From Tubulanus polymorphus (Eukaryota; Animalia; Nemertea), in assembly GCF_964204645.1 (NCBI RefSeq), contig NC_134026.1, forward strand, positions 5,355,950-5,419,949: a stretch of DNA of 64,000 nt, given 5' to 3'. The notes under the pieces were generated by a model. It saw only the letters and a program-made list of their open reading frames with translations. It was not told where the DNA came from and made no database searches. Both the position numbers and the translations under genes were made by a program. Positions 24,290 to 38,305 of this stretch are shown piece after piece. Within the stretch, counting starts at the first letter, position 1, and each line of letters opens with the position of its first letter.

Positions 24290-24490
24290 GAGATTAAGAG
24301 GAGTGACAGTGAAATTCTCGCGCACTTGCCGGGGATCGAACCCTGAACCAATAGAACTAGACCACTTGTCCTACCCTATAATTGCGACTGTCCTTAGGCG
24401 ATTTACATTATAACTATTATTCAAATAATCCTGAGGCCCGGGTTCTCATTCTTGTTTAAGAGAAGCGACAGTGAAATTACCCCGGTCATT
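24290..24490 (-). mobile_element. tRNA-derived SINE remnant(s)
   Basis: Minus-strand B-box gggttcgatccccgg; ttaagag..g.gacagtgaaatt occurs twice (about 24294 and about 24456). No full cloverleaf. Confidence 0.45.
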
Positions 24491-25189
24491 GAGAAATGAA
24501 TTTCATTTATTCTGCGATGAATCGTCATTAAGATTCGCGTACGAGAAAATAAACTATATCATTGCAAATTTATTCAAATTATGAGACAAGTACGCATACT
24601 TGTGCATCGGAGCCTTGGCGAAGGCTGCAATCGATTTTCTAGAACGATAGGTTATAATGAGGACACATATTTTCAATGACAAAGAAATCAATTACGGTAA
24701 TTACGATTTGAAATTATAGAAGATAATTAACAGACTTAATTTTTCGTTTACATAACAACTATAAAATGTATTACATGCCTGCATTAATTGAAATTGAAAT
24801 TGAAATTAATTTTCATTAGGAAGATACATTATTGGACATTATTGTAAAGGAGTGTTATAATGAAGATACATATAACAGGACAATGGAGCTACACTGAGAG
24901 ACTGTGGTCTGTCTATCCGAGCCATGTTACCCAAAAGCACCCAGGCGACATTCAACACGACACATTTAACATTTTACAAAAATTATGTTATTATACATAT
25001 ATATAGATGTTTTTATGTAAGTCCCTTTGAAAGCAGGTTCGGGATAACGAATAAATTGATCCAGGGAGAGTATTGTACAGAAAGGGGTGCATCTAGACTA
25101 GAAAAGTTGATACGTTGTTTCTAATTTCACTGAAAAGCAAGTTTTGACTCTCTGAAATCTAACACTTACCACAGTATCACTTGAAATAA

Positions 25190-25280
25190 GTGTAAGGCTA
25201 ACATAATTAAAAAATCTTGTGTCTCATTTCTGCTGAGCTTTTAAATTTGACGCGGCCGGCCGCCTATCTACCCTGTACAT
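25190..25280. mobile_element. Dispersed DNA-transposon terminal fragment (second copy inverted at about 52152-52232)
   Basis: taaggct...tttctgctgagctt...cggccggc...ccctgtacatt is matched in reverse complement at 52152-52232. Confidence 0.5.
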
Positions 25281-28200
25281 TACTTCTTTTAAAAATTATG
25301 ATCAAGCTAACCACAACAGACCCGGCAGCAATGCAAATGTACTGATTATAGATTTTATTGCGATTTCCAAATGACCCGACCGATTAGGAGAAACAGGGTA
25401 TCATTCTTCTTTTTTTTTCTTTTTTTTAGCCATAGTTTCAGAGTTTTCTACTAAAAGTTCTAAGATACGGTACTCCGAGTTTAAACCTATTTCGTGTAGG
25501 TCGATTATGAATTTGGTAAATGAAATTCCAATAATTATTGGTGGTTCTATAGGTAATATTCAATTAACAAATGTAACGATTCTCTCGAGTGAATAATATC
25601 AAAGCAACTCATTCATATTTCTACTATCAACGCCGACAACTTGATGTGGAAAAAAAATTCAAATTCAACACGAAGCCCCCACATCGACACATGATCTCCA
25701 CAACAGATCGAAATAACAGCTCCGTTAGATCTTTATCGTTATCTTAACGTAATCGCTTCTTTAGTCGGTCATAAAAAAATCATCGGCACACGCCGTGCCA
25801 ACGAAGGTGAATACAAACGATACGAAGAATCGCGTTTCACTGGAATAAACATAATTGAAAAAAGTATAGACTCACTCACCGTGAGAAATGCTCTCATTTT
25901 GTCGGTGATATCTATCGAATTTTTTTCGGAATGATCTTTATACATGTATCCATATTCGCTATAATCAATGCGCCAGGCAATGGTCGCTAGTGAATGGCCG
26001 AAACCGAAGACCGTCGTCTCTTCGAAAATTTTGATGATAAATTTCGTTATTTAATCTTTTATAATGGAGTACGATTAAATTCTATTTAGCACACGCGGTG
26101 GTTATTCTATTGCAATGATTGCGCCTTAATCACATAGCTGAATTTATTTTCGCAATCTTGTATATGATAAAGGCGACGCTAAAAAGATAAGCAGGTTCCC
26201 TCTCACCTTGATTCCATGACGTAAACCTCCTATAGGAATCCGTGTATATGGCCAAGACAACTTCTCACCATTCCGTAGAGCACAGCTGTAAAAGACCAAC
26301 TGGCGCTCCACGATATTCCATCCGAATGGCTACAATCTGTTACTGTCCCGTTTCAATGATTCCTCGCGCACTGCGTCCGGACAGACGAACTTATCATCTT
26401 GAAACGGAATCAAAATGAACGAAATATTCGTCTCTATATACATATATATATATATCTATAATATACATTGTAAAACTACGCAACGATTAGGTTATAGTTC
26501 CTATATACACTAGTATAAGAGGTTCTTACGCGAAGCTGGATAGATTTTCACAACTGCTTCGATCACACAAGAACTGTTGCTTTTTCCGATCTAATTCCAC
26601 TATAATGCTACAGCGTATAAAATCGAATCGTATGGAAACGGTCGACAAAAATCGGGCGTAGGGTATAACCTGCCCCAATTTGAGGACCGTATATATCTCC
26701 TCTGCCTAGTTTGTTTGTAATACTGGACGACTTTGCGGTACCCGCGTAAAACAAACTACGGAAACTTCGTTATTGCTGACAGGCAGTGCTGATGCCTCGA
26801 GTGGTAATTGCAGTAATAACGATAATTTATATAAGCGGGGAAGTCTTCCTCGGGTAAAGAAAAGTTATATCTAAAATACTATTCTATATACAATTTCGCA
26901 CATAAAGGCTCCATACAATTCGCTTTCAGCTAATATCATTTATATTGACCCCCGCTGAATGAATTTCCATTAATAACGCAAAAACCCGCATTTGAATCGC
27001 GATAAAATCTTTTGAACGGGTCCGATCAAATGTGGTTATAGAGTTATTATTCCGGTAACGTATTTAAATAATCATGCCCGATTTTAGTTAAGTATATATG
27101 GGCATATAAGGGATTAAAGTGTGACTGGTAATGAATTACGAAAGATTAAACAGTTCGCGTGAACGTGGACAACATCTTGTCGCCAGTCAAAGTCCAAAGA
27201 TGGGTCCATTCAATATCCCGAAATGTTTTCAACATCGATATTCTAAATAACATATAGTGGACACACACATAGTGAAATGAATATTGCGTCTCTTGACGGC
27301 ATTCCTCCGTTTAGTCATCGACCGCATACCATGAAGTAGACAAATATATTAGGATTAATGCAGTTTGTGTAGATTAGTTCCTGGATTAAGTCCTGTTGTT
27401 AATTGTGGGATAACGAAGTCGCTACATGGAACGTGTACACGTCCTGCTCGCCTCAGGATCCGGGTAGTGTCAATTCACTTTTCATTTAACTAGATCGACA
27501 AATTGCGAGTTGTGTGCGGCCATCGTTGAAATTAAACTTGTTTCGTCGTAAAGCGCATTTTTCGCGTTAATAAGCGCCTCATTCTGAAAGGGGCGCACTG
27601 TTCATCGGACTCTAGGTGCACTCATTTGCTACATCGGTTTAAGAAATTATTTTCATCTTTGTCATTTAGTATACATTGGTCCATACATTAACGAATAATA
27701 ATTTTCGCGACGAAAAAGTTGTGACCGCAAAAAAATGCTCTTAAATCACGATGTAGATTTTTCTTCCGCGCCCGAGTTTTGTCCGAGATTGTGGTTTACT
27801 TGCTTAATGTTTCCCAAGGGCAGATAGCAATCAACTTGACTCGCCTCCGAGCGATGGCAAGGTTTGATAAAATATATAAATAACACAGATTCGAACATGG
27901 ATCCAACATATCTCCGCTGCCAGCGTTGCGACGGTCGCGGGAATTGCTAAATACACTTAATAACACGTATTAATTCGCTTCTGAGTATAATCTCCTTATG
28001 ATTAGACATGATTAGCCCCGTAACGATCATAATATCAAGTTTCTAGATGAGCAAAAGCCTTGACCTATAGAAAAAACATATAAGATATTTCGGTATGTTT
28101 GTATGCATGTATGCATGAATAATGATATCCAAGTCATTGCTTAGACCATGACGCCTTGTAATTCATTTACGGTGCTTTACTGCATTATCAAGACTCGTGA

Positions 28201-29523
28201 GCCCTCTATGAGCTTATCGTTAAAGATGCTGTAAATTCGACCGCCGATCACACAACTTTATCTGTACTTCGATTTCCGATTTCAAAATCAAACCCCCTGT
28301 TTCGTCCCCGGCAGGTGTGTGGTGGGTTTGTAGGGGACACCGAATCAAAACAAATCAAATCAAACGAAATCTATCTATCAAATAAATAACCGGGTCAATC
28401 CCTTTTTTAAGATCAAAAAGGGAGTATCCATTGTTTAGCGACTTAAAGGGCAACCCCACTGTATTGTTTTGTGAATCATTAAAGCGGACACTATCAAATG
28501 ATTTGAAAGATCGTCTGTTTCGTTTAAAATCTTGAATACCAGGGCTAACGACCGAAACCGATTTTATCATGATGAAACTAAAGCACATATCACACTCTAG
28601 TTTATGTATTGCCTAAAGTTCATACATCAAACTGACAAGCATATTCAAATGCGCATTATTTCTAAAGATTTCCATAAATTTCCATATGAAGATTTTGACG
28701 TGTATGGCTTATTGTCGAGGCAAGCATTTTTTCAAACCTTCAAATATGCTGAAAATGATTTAGATGAATTCTGTCACTAATCACCGATGCCTACGATATT
28801 GTCCATCATTCTCATACATAAGTTTGAAGAAAGAGACATGACCATATTGAAACCACATCTGTTGCAGTCATCACCTATATCATTTCTCGATAGTTTCACC
28901 TCGACCAGGTTGATAAGATAAACCTTCGAGAAAAAATGTGACAATTCCAACACAATTCGACGAAGCGTCCCAGGGGCATAAGTATAGCGTTAGAAACTCA
29001 GAAATAATTTATTATTCCAAGAACACCTTTATACAGAATTATTATGCACCAGTGTAATAGTATTTATTCATATATATATATTTAAGTTTCGACCGTATAA
29101 AATACATGCAGGTGACACTGTGCGTTTGAAATGACATCATTTCATTAAAGCAGAATTTAATCATTTTTGCAACCACGAGGTTAACACAATAAGTATCTGC
29201 ATTGTTATTGTAATTTACGTATATTCAAATACATTGCAACCATCTGTTTTGTACGGTCGCTGATTTGGGACATGTGAACATATACGGAATATTTTGTTTT
29301 TGCGCGTTTTCGTGGAGGACGAAAAAAATTTGTCCCGAATCCGCCACCATAGTTTTGAGTCATGAACTGAAAAACCACTTTTGTGGTCATTTTTGTGGTT
29401 GTGGCCATCATTTTACGATTGAGTTTTACTTAAAGATCATTTTTGGTGCATGAAACTCACTCAGATATCTCGTTTACTGAAGAAAATAGAATTTGTGGAT
29501 CATTAAAATTGCGAGAGTAAAAA

Positions 29524-29586
29524 TGCATCGGTCGGGATTCGAGCTCGGGCCACCATTAGGTGGGTGAGAATCACTGAACCACCGAT
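29524..29586 (-). pseudogene. Degenerate tRNA-Gly copy
   Basis: Minus strand atcggtggttcagtg...ggcccgagctcgaatcccgaccgatgca aligns with the intact tRNA-Gly at 31743-31813, but has a D-arm deletion, a ruined anticodon arm and a mutated T-loop. Confidence 0.8.
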
Positions 29587-30163
29587 TTTTTAAGTCAGAC
29601 TAATCTCATAATTTTTTTTCAAACATGTGAAACAATCATCTATCGCTGTTTTCAGAATAAACCATTTAGTAGAAGCTCAAACGGAATAATATGGAAACCA
29701 TATGCTATATAAGTACACATGTGATTATATAAAGGTGGCGCTGCAAGGCAGTCATCTCAGCCAAAAACTAAACAAGCATATTTGACTTCATTGCCGATAT
29801 TTTGTCACATATATCTATATTAGCTACCGGGATTAGATAAAAAATACATTGAAAAAATAATACAAAGAAATACATGTTCATGCTTCGACTTTCTGATTTT
29901 GCCAATCTATTTTTCTAAAAATCAATGTATGCGTTCCATATATACACAATAGACAACACAAACACAATCAGTGGTAGTTCTAAAGTTTCTTATTTCATTA
30001 CGCGATGACAATAAGTTATTGTGATAGAATACATGAATTCTACATGAACAAATTGATTCATCATTATGTACATGTTTATCCTGTGTGTATATCCTATAAT
30101 TTTCATCATTTGCAAACCGATAATCCTTGAGTACGGTCAGTTCAGCGAACCTGAACGTGGATC

Positions 30164-31126
30164 ATGAATTCATCTTTGATGCAGATTGGTCGGCCTTACC
30201 ACAGTTACAACATCCTCCTGTCATTGGAAAGCAAGTCTCCCGCTTACCGTATGTTCTCTATATTCTTTCTGTCGATTACATTTTTGCTGGGGGCATTTGG
30301 AAACTCCGCTACTTTTCTCATTATGATAAGTCACAGATTCAGGAATTTATCTTATGCCAACTATCTTATTGCTCTATCTTCGTGCGATATGCTATTCTCA
30401 TTCAACCTCACGATAATGCCCGTCGTACAGCTTGGTTTCTTACACGTGAAAAACGGTCCCATATTCCTCATCAACTCGCTAATAAGTTGTAAAATCTTCG
30501 AATTTCTAATGGGACTCGCAAGTTCTTGCAGTTCCTGGTTCATAGTAGCTGTATCTCTCGAACGTGCTGCAGTCGTGCTCTTCCCGCTGAAGTCTCGTTT
30601 GATATGTACACCGAGATTCGCCCGATATGTCATCGTGATCATTTTCATCGTGAATGCGCTGATCATCTACCTTTCTCCTTTCATGGATATGGGTTTCTTA
30701 GATAATTTTGGATGTTACTATAAACTATCGATACAATTCGTTCTTTATCTCTCACTTGCGGTTTACATCTACACTTTACCTTTGATTTTCATAGTTACAT
30801 CAAATTATGTCATAATACTAAATTTGTCCAAAAGTTCCGAATTGATTTCATCGGATAAAAAATCTACAACCTCAAAAAGAACAACAAAAATGCTTATCAC
30901 AGTGTCACTAGCATTTGCGATATTCACGCTACCCGTCACTATGAATACGTTTTTACCAATTTCCGTAGAATCAAAAGACTTTCTTTTTGATGTGTTCAGC
31001 AATTTTCAATTGTGCAATTATGCAATAAACTTTTACATATATCTTTTGCTGGGAAGGGAAATTCGTGAATATTTCTGCGAAAGGGTTTGCTGCATGGATA
31101 AAGGACGAAATATAAGTCACTGGTAG
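30164..31126 (+). CDS. Intronless rhodopsin-class (class A) 7TM GPCR, FMRFamide/peptide-receptor-like or chemoreceptor-like, 320 aa
   Basis: GN in TM1, LxxxD in TM2, C at the top of TM3, SLERA (DRY variant) followed by FPL, TM6 FAIFTLP, TM7 NYAINFYIY, C-terminal CC. Confidence 0.93.
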   Translation: MNSSLMQIGRPYHSYNILLSLESKSPAYRMFSIFFLSITFLLGAFGNSATFLIMISHRFRNLSYANYLIALSSCDMLFSFNLTIMPVVQLGFLHVKNGPIFLINSLISCKIFEFLMGLASSCSSWFIVAVSLERAAVVLFPLKSRLICTPRFARYVIVIIFIVNALIIYLSPFMDMGFLDNFGCYYKLSIQFVLYLSLAVYIYTLPLIFIVTSNYVIILNLSKSSELISSDKKSTTSKRTTKMLITVSLAFAIFTLPVTMNTFLPISVESKDFLFDVFSNFQLCNYAINFYIYLLLGREIREYFCERVCCMDKGRNISHW

Positions 31127-31742
31127 TTCAGTATAAAGAGTCCAGCAATTATTTGTGCTAATGACCCGGAAGATTTAGTTTCATCGAAATCTATGATAAT
31201 GAAAGAATTGTATCCATACCCTGCCGAAAGTAGATGATAATTTCGACGATGTCTTGTGTACGTAAAAAACTCTTAAGAGAATTTGACCGTGATGTCATTC
31301 ATTGCGACCAAAAAATCGTATATCGCTGTCCAAATATGTGCACGTGGATGCATTGTGGTCGTGAGATGAACTGAATTTATTTTGTGGGAAATTTCTTACT
31401 CAATTTTGTTACTTTTGTTTCGATAACAATTTCACTTACTGTTGTTTCACGTATATTGCGTTTTCCATAAATATAAGTTTAGGGTTATCTTCGAAAATGT
31501 CGATTCTTTGCTTACCTTGTTACAAATCCCATGAATTCCAAATTCTGCGGCGTTTACACTTTAGGCATCACTGACATGACTATATTCAAATTACAATAAC
31601 TCAACATCCTGGTTTGTTACACGACTTTTATGTTCCAGTAAAAGAAACGTATTATATTACCATGTCAATTTATCGTATATAGATGATATCTACTATCATA
31701 TACATATACTAAAATAATATTTTCAGTCGGAAGAAAATAACA

Positions 31743-31813
31743 TGCATCGGCCGGGAATCGAACCCGGGCCCCCCGCGTGGCAGGCGAGAATTCTACCACT
31801 GAACCACCGATGC
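31743..31813 (-). tRNA. tRNA-Gly(GCC): tRNA-Gly (anticodon GCC)
   Basis: GCATCGGTGGTTCAGTGGTAGAATTCTCGCCTGCCACGCGGGGGGCCCGGGTTCGATTCCCGGCCGATGCA: 71-nt cloverleaf with A and B boxes and a T-run downstream. Confidence 0.98.
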
Positions 31814-32158
31814 TTCACATACATAACCTGAAATACCATACTTGTGTATACTCGAAATCCTAACCCAAAAAGAAATAAGACCATCTGTCGTGGCACAAGT
31901 GTTGGAAATTTCCTTTATTGTTTTCTAATCTTTATTACATCATCTGCTAATATCCTTTCAAAAACCTCAACAAGCTCTACTGGTACCACTTTTGTAAACG
32001 TGAACATATATAATAATACTTTAAGATAAAGCAAAGTATTATCAATACACATTGTTTAATGAGAATTTTAAGAAACATCTCTAAAATCTAATAAATTAAT
32101 ACATTTCATATTTGCATCATTCGCCGATTATCGGTTTGTGAAGAGCTGAAAGATCGTT

Positions 32159-35100
32159 TTATTCGATGTCTTTTTTGATATCTTCCCAGGTTCCCTTCAT
32201 GGCTATTTCATCCAGTTCGTTGTTGAGCGAATCGTCGGAGGCGATTACCTCAACTGTGTAATAAACCGTCTTGCCGTGGAACCAGCTGAATGTATTATCA
32301 AAAACCACCACGTCTATACAAATAGATATATACGACACAATATATACTCTATCTATGTTGATTGATTAACTGATTAACCCTTTTTTAATTACTTGGAGTA
32401 CGCAGGTCCGCCTCCCAGAATTCTGCAAACATTCATCAAATTTAAAAAAAATTCTACTTTGTTTTAGTTCTCCGTATTATCATCACAATTTTTCAATATA
32501 ATAAAACAGATTTTTTCTGTCCGTTTTGATTTTCAATCAAGTTTCTCGTTCATCTTGATGTTCAGCGTCGTGTAATTTGCAAACAGTTCTCCCATCAAAT
32601 TCATCATAATTTTCTTTTCCTTATTTTATTTTCCCCTCCTCCCTCCCATTTGTCCCCGCTTCCCCTAGTGATTAAAAACTCCTTATGTTTAAGAAGTTTT
32701 CCAGGAAGTACTGTGTTATTTTTTAACAGATAAAAAATAACTTAACACAAACTGATCCTGGTTGTGAGATCAGGAACTAACAACCGATGAGTTACTCACA
32801 TGTTCCAGCTTTGTCGCAGTTCACACTGCCATTCTCGGGCACAGTGTGACTATTTACTCTTTCCATAGGCAGGATTTCTTCCAACTCGTCGCCATTCTTA
32901 TAATATACACCGAAATCGATATCGTTTTTTTCGGTTTTAAAATCCCACCTAATTTAAAACGAAAGCAAATTAGTTGAAGCAAATTTGAAATATATACATG
33001 TAAATAGCTAGGCTTAGTCATTTCTGAAATTTCACGAAAGCTCAAGATTGTACAACTGATTGACACCGTTTAATCGGTAGATGATTAGTGATTGATTCCA
33101 TGCCCGAATCAGTTTTTATTGATGTATTAGATCACCGGGAATGTTGTGGGTAGATGCAGAAAGTTATTGAAAATCCGGCGAATGATCAACTTAAATTAAC
33201 CTACAAATTCATACATGGTATATACGTAAATTTGTGAAGACGGAAAACCCGCGAAGGCACACGCCGTACCTGAGAATGCTGTCCTTATTCTCGATAATTG
33301 TTTCCACGTCGTGTTTGCTTCCGGCCTCAACATTCACGCACGTCATATCCTTAGTAGATATTTTATCCTTGAGGAAATAAGAGTCTGGAACTTTGCCTCC
33401 CTGACAAATCTACGAGACAAAATGGACAATTTTACCCTCTCGGATCAAGGCATAACCGACAAAACCTTCGTATTTGCTTTCAATCACTATAGGTTATCGA
33501 TATCCTTTCAATTAATCGTATGAATTTTTAAGCTTGCGGGGGCAAATCTAGGGTCTGATATAGGTAGGGGTGCATCCCAAAATTATCATCCCATATCATA
33601 TAATTACAAGTGGACTCCGAGAAAAGAACTCAACAGAAAAACTTCAACCCGACCGTTTTTAGAATTACAGAGAAATTACTCATTCATCAGATATCAGATT
33701 GATTATAATCCCATAAAATGTCAGGGACACTTGGCACGTGCGCATCTCTCCCTTTGGATCAGCCCATGGCGTGTAAAAGTTGTGGGTTACTTTTATTCTG
33801 TTCATATTCCTCTATTTGAGTCCCTATTTTCCAGACGGTTGGATCGTTTTGGCTTTGTTGGATTTTAGTCGAAAATGACGAATATTTGGTCGGAATATGA
33901 CGTTTTCATGATGTCAATTTTTTACTTTTCGACTTGAACGTCACTTTTGGTCACATTCTGTATCGTTTTGCTTCCGTCTTCTGGACGTCGAATCCCTGCT
34001 GGGGTGTTGATATCGAGAAATCATTTCAATGCTAACCTTCATTCTACATAGTGGATTTCCATCAGGATCGGTTTGTGTGCCACCATAAGCTACCGGTAAA
34101 TTTTCGGGATCAATATAGTTCAGCAATGTTGGCAAATAGTCGGCTACAAGAATAGATTGATTAGAAATTCATTCATAAATCGTAATACTACTTCATAATG
34201 TGATAAGATATTTTGAAATAACATGTGGGATGCTCTCGTCTGCAAGGTCTTAAGAGTTAATGCTATTTCGGAATTTGAGTATAAAACCTGTAACGCAACC
34301 AATTTAAGCCTAATGTTAAGATAATTCAAGTAGTGTTTATTGTATGATTCTTTTTTTTCTATGAATATAATATACGAGTCGCCCATTATATTATCGTTAA
34401 GTCGGGCGTAGGTCGGCCTTGCGACGCGACGCGATCGTCGCGTTGCGTCACAAGTGGCCGCGCAAGTCGGTTGCGATGCGGTTGTCAGCGACTGTGTGCG
34501 ACTAGTTGCTGCCAGTCGCAATAGCACGCAGGTCGGTTGCGACGATCGCGTCGCGTCGCAGAAAGTAGAACATGTGCGACTCATTGCGACTGGCGTCGCT
34601 GGCAGTCGCAACCCGTCGCTGGCAGTCGCAAGGTAGCGCAGGTCGGTGAGTCGTTGCGACGCGATCGTCGCTGGCGGTCGCAGTGAGTCGCGTCGCAATG
34701 AGTCGCAAGCCGTCGCAAGGCCGACCTACGCCCGCCAAACTCAGTAGTATATTTTTACAAAAGTTGCAAACTAGTATTGGCCAACTCGGTATTACGAAGC
34801 TGTGATGGTAGGGATAGATATATGATAGGATATTCGCTTTATGGAAAATGCTCGATGCTTTTACCTCCTAGAACGTGAATCTTTTTTCGCATTTCTTCCG
34901 TGACTAAAGGACGGCTTAGTTTGTATAGAATAGGGAATATTCTTGGAGCTTAAACAAGAAATAACAGACACATACATCAATTCAATCATCACCCCTGTAC
35001 GAATAATGTCGTAATCTTCTAGATAATCACTTACTGTTTATGACGAACATATTTTTCATCATTTCCGGGTAATTGTCTTCTAATATTTTGACTAAACGTA

Positions 35101-38100
35101 GATACATCTGAATTCCTTTCAAAACGAAAGAACGTTTGACACCCATTAAATCAAAGATAGTCACATGGGGCTGGTTTTATAAACTGGTATTAACCCGGAG
35201 GTTAACTCAATTGAAAATGAACTGAGTCAACCCCCGTGCTTAAGTTAATACCAGTTTATAAAACCGGCCCATGGTATATAGGGTCTAAGCAAGTTTTTCT
35301 ATCATTTCTGATAAAAGCTGATTATTTCGTTGACAGGAAAACTCGAAATCTGATACTAGAATAAATTAGTTCCGCTGATACCTGGTCGCCATAAATGTGT
35401 GGTAGCTCCGACATCGGCCATATCAAATATAACAGTCAAACCATCTACACGTTTACCCAACTGTTGGAATAAAAAACGCAATCTATATCCGTGTTATCTG
35501 GGGGTTCTAAGATTCTTACATTGTCTAACATAGTTGAAATACATTCAATATTCAAGTCATTCAGAGAATTTTTTTCGAACCTTTTCGCTTTGTCTTTTCC
35601 AATCAGCGACGATTTCTTCACACATGAAGACTTTAGATTTTTCGAGGTCGACCGTTTTTGCTGAATACATGATGCCTTTCATGTCTATAGTACCGTAAAG
35701 TTCTATTTTCAGCGGAGATCCGTCTTTGTCGTGGCCGACCAGTCCACCGGGCATATACTTCTTTATAACCTGCACAACAAAAAAGACGTTTTTACCGATC
35801 CGGCACTAATTTTGCTAAGCAGAATTTTTGGGGCGAGATTTTGGATGCAGTGAATTTGCAGTGTTATTTTACCTCTGGTATTGTATAGTCCTGCAGAATA
35901 GTATCGGCTCCTATTCGCTTCCGAAATTTCAAACTCTGAAATCAAATGAACTAACATCTAACAGATATCATTTTCATAATTACTGATAAGTTTTAGCCAT
36001 TTGTGGCGACCAGGTGATTACAGGCCGTTTCTTAAATGTGATCGTTCTTACATCTCTGAACATTTCACTCGCTTTCTTTACATCCCAGCTACGGGCTGAA
36101 AAAAAAAAAACAACGAATGCGATAACGGACTTTAGGAATATTAGAACGATATAAGAGAATAATATGTAGATGGTTAGAATATTTCTCGCCTACCATAAAA
36201 ACGGATCACTTACCTATCAACCACTTTCTTAGTTCATAGTCGTCATATTTATCTCTATCTAAAACGTCCTTGACATTGTCTTTAAACTAAACGCAAAAGA
36301 TATATTTCATATAGAATACGTAGATGACTGATGGCGATCGGAGATGGGAGATTTGCCGTAGATTAATGATAAATCATTACCTGTTTGAGCGCGAAAGCTT
36401 CTTTGTCGCTTTTCGAGGCATTTGCCATCGATTCTTCGAGTGTTGGCAGCTTGTACTGAAAATATCATCCCAAGTTACACATAACTTCCAGGAGTTGAAG
36501 TAGGAGAAATAGAATTTGCATATGTATATTATACTTACTGATTTCCTCATTTTGCTTGATTTTTTATGTTTCGTCTCTGTTGTCCTGCGGTTTGCCTTCG
36601 ATGATAGAAAAAAATAACATTTCTATAGTGCAGTTACCCCATTACATTTTTCGGTATATGTCTCAAATTACCCCGACGAAAGCAACAAATTTACAAGATA
36701 ACAATAATTGCCTTTGCATCCATTACGTGCATTGCAAAAATGTAAGTGAGAGAAATATAATAACGGAATATGGCGTGGCGTTCGTTGATATATTCACAAA
36801 AAAATTACATAATTCATACGCATTAGATATTGAATTTAGTCCAGACCAAGTCTTCTAATGATCGGTGCTAAGCTCACGACCTCGAGAAACTGGGGTTATA
36901 AGTATATCTAATTACCTAATTTACGTTTTCATCATTTATTCCTCAGAAATATCCGTTACGAAAATCTACCTTAATATAAAGCCTGTTTCTATGATATAAT
37001 GTTCATGTCCTAGTTTTACATACACGCTTTATATGATTCAAGTCACTGAATTCTTTATTTTATGGTTCCGCACATAGATTCAATTGAAAAACTAATTATA
37101 TATATATGACATATACCAACGTTTCTAGAGACCAAAAATCATGATCTTAATAGAAACTGACGCAAATGGATATTTTCAGGAGAAAAACAAGGAAAAACAA
37201 AAATAGAACTTCTTTAAATTAAATAATAATTGCTTGTGAATTCTGCGATATTGAACAAACATTTAATACTGTCGCGGAATATAATTGACTGACCAATTTA
37301 ATGGCATCAAAGAAAATATTTCGAAGATCCCCAACTTACCCCAATTTACCAGGTCGAGAAAGTCTAAGAAAACTGAGATATAACAGTAGGCCTACTTTAT
37401 GTAAGGAAGCCGTACATGTCCATGCGTATAATCGAGGTTGTTTATTTTAAGAGACCAGTTCGTATGCAAAACTATCGTCACAATAGTCACAAGGCAGCGC
37501 GCTCTATCACCGCAATACACATGCGCTTATGAAGTCAGGTAAATGGAGAAGTCCCCAATAAATGATTATGCGATAAAATCTATTGTAATGAAATCACAAC
37601 GTTTTAGCGGTTGGTTTTCAGGACGGCTTGCTGTCAACCATCGACGAAAAATGACGGATCAGTGTGTTGCATTTTTTCTATCCATTACATACATGCGTCA
37701 GTGCCATGAACATAATTCATACTATGGATCTATGGCCGTCTAGGTGGACAAACATTTCGGCAATTCAAGAAAACATTTTCTATACTTATGCGCTTATCAG
37801 GGTTACATGAAATTGTTTCCGAAAAACACCAGGAATACAGATAAATGTTATAAACAATCTCTGCATAATCTGCAAACGACCAAAAGGACCGTTTTTCCAT
37901 TCATTAATCAATTAGTCATGTAAATAATTCAAATCGTCAGAAAAAAAAACAAGTTACAAAAGTAACTGAATTAAAAACATTGATCAAAGAAATTCAATGT
38001 CAAAGATTTAAGATCCATATATGAGATATATCTGCAAATTACTTAATATTCCTATAGTCGATGCGAAAGTTTTAAAACTTGACAGTGGAGGCTTGAATTC

Positions 38101-38305
38101 TTAGAAATGAAAATTATTTTCTCTGAAAACCATACTTTACCTCCATTATTGTTCCAGGACCCTCTTCAACTCTTTTCATGTGAAATATCCTGCGCAGAAT
38201 GGACGACCAAAAACCAGTCCCGGTCTCCGATGGTGGAGGGGATGATGTAGTTTCATTTAGCCGAGACATGTTTTCCATGTTATCATCTGCGACTGAGTCC
38301 GTCAT
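32159..38305 (-). CDS. SEC14-like protein 2 family paralog A (CRAL-TRIO + GOLD) with N-terminal extension, about 486 aa
   Basis: Exons (5'->3') 38141-38305, 36539-36595, 36381-36455, 36214-36286, 36052-36095, 35873-35935, 35581-35769, 35382-35460, 35035-35115, 34865-34948, 34037-34143, 33270-33409, 32800-32948, 32159-32313 join in frame. Motifs [39 protein letters not shown]. The first exon is the least certain. Confidence 0.92.
34403..34734. mobile_element. GC-rich MITE with 24-bp perfect TIR (Harbinger-like)
   Basis: cgggcgtaggtcggccttgcgacg ... cgtcgcaaggccgacctacgcccg; interior built from gtcgca/tgcgac motifs; intronic. Confidence 0.85.
35168..35270. mobile_element. 103-bp MITE with about 27-bp TIR and 3-bp TSD (atg)
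   Basis: gggctggttttataaactggtattaac ... gttaataccagtttataaaaccggccc, flanked by atg on both sides. Confidence 0.85.

Noticed and set aside
34144-34738. ORFs of 184, 60 and 78 aa
   Set aside because: They arise from the GC-rich, stop-poor MITE at 34403-34734 inside a SEC14L intron.
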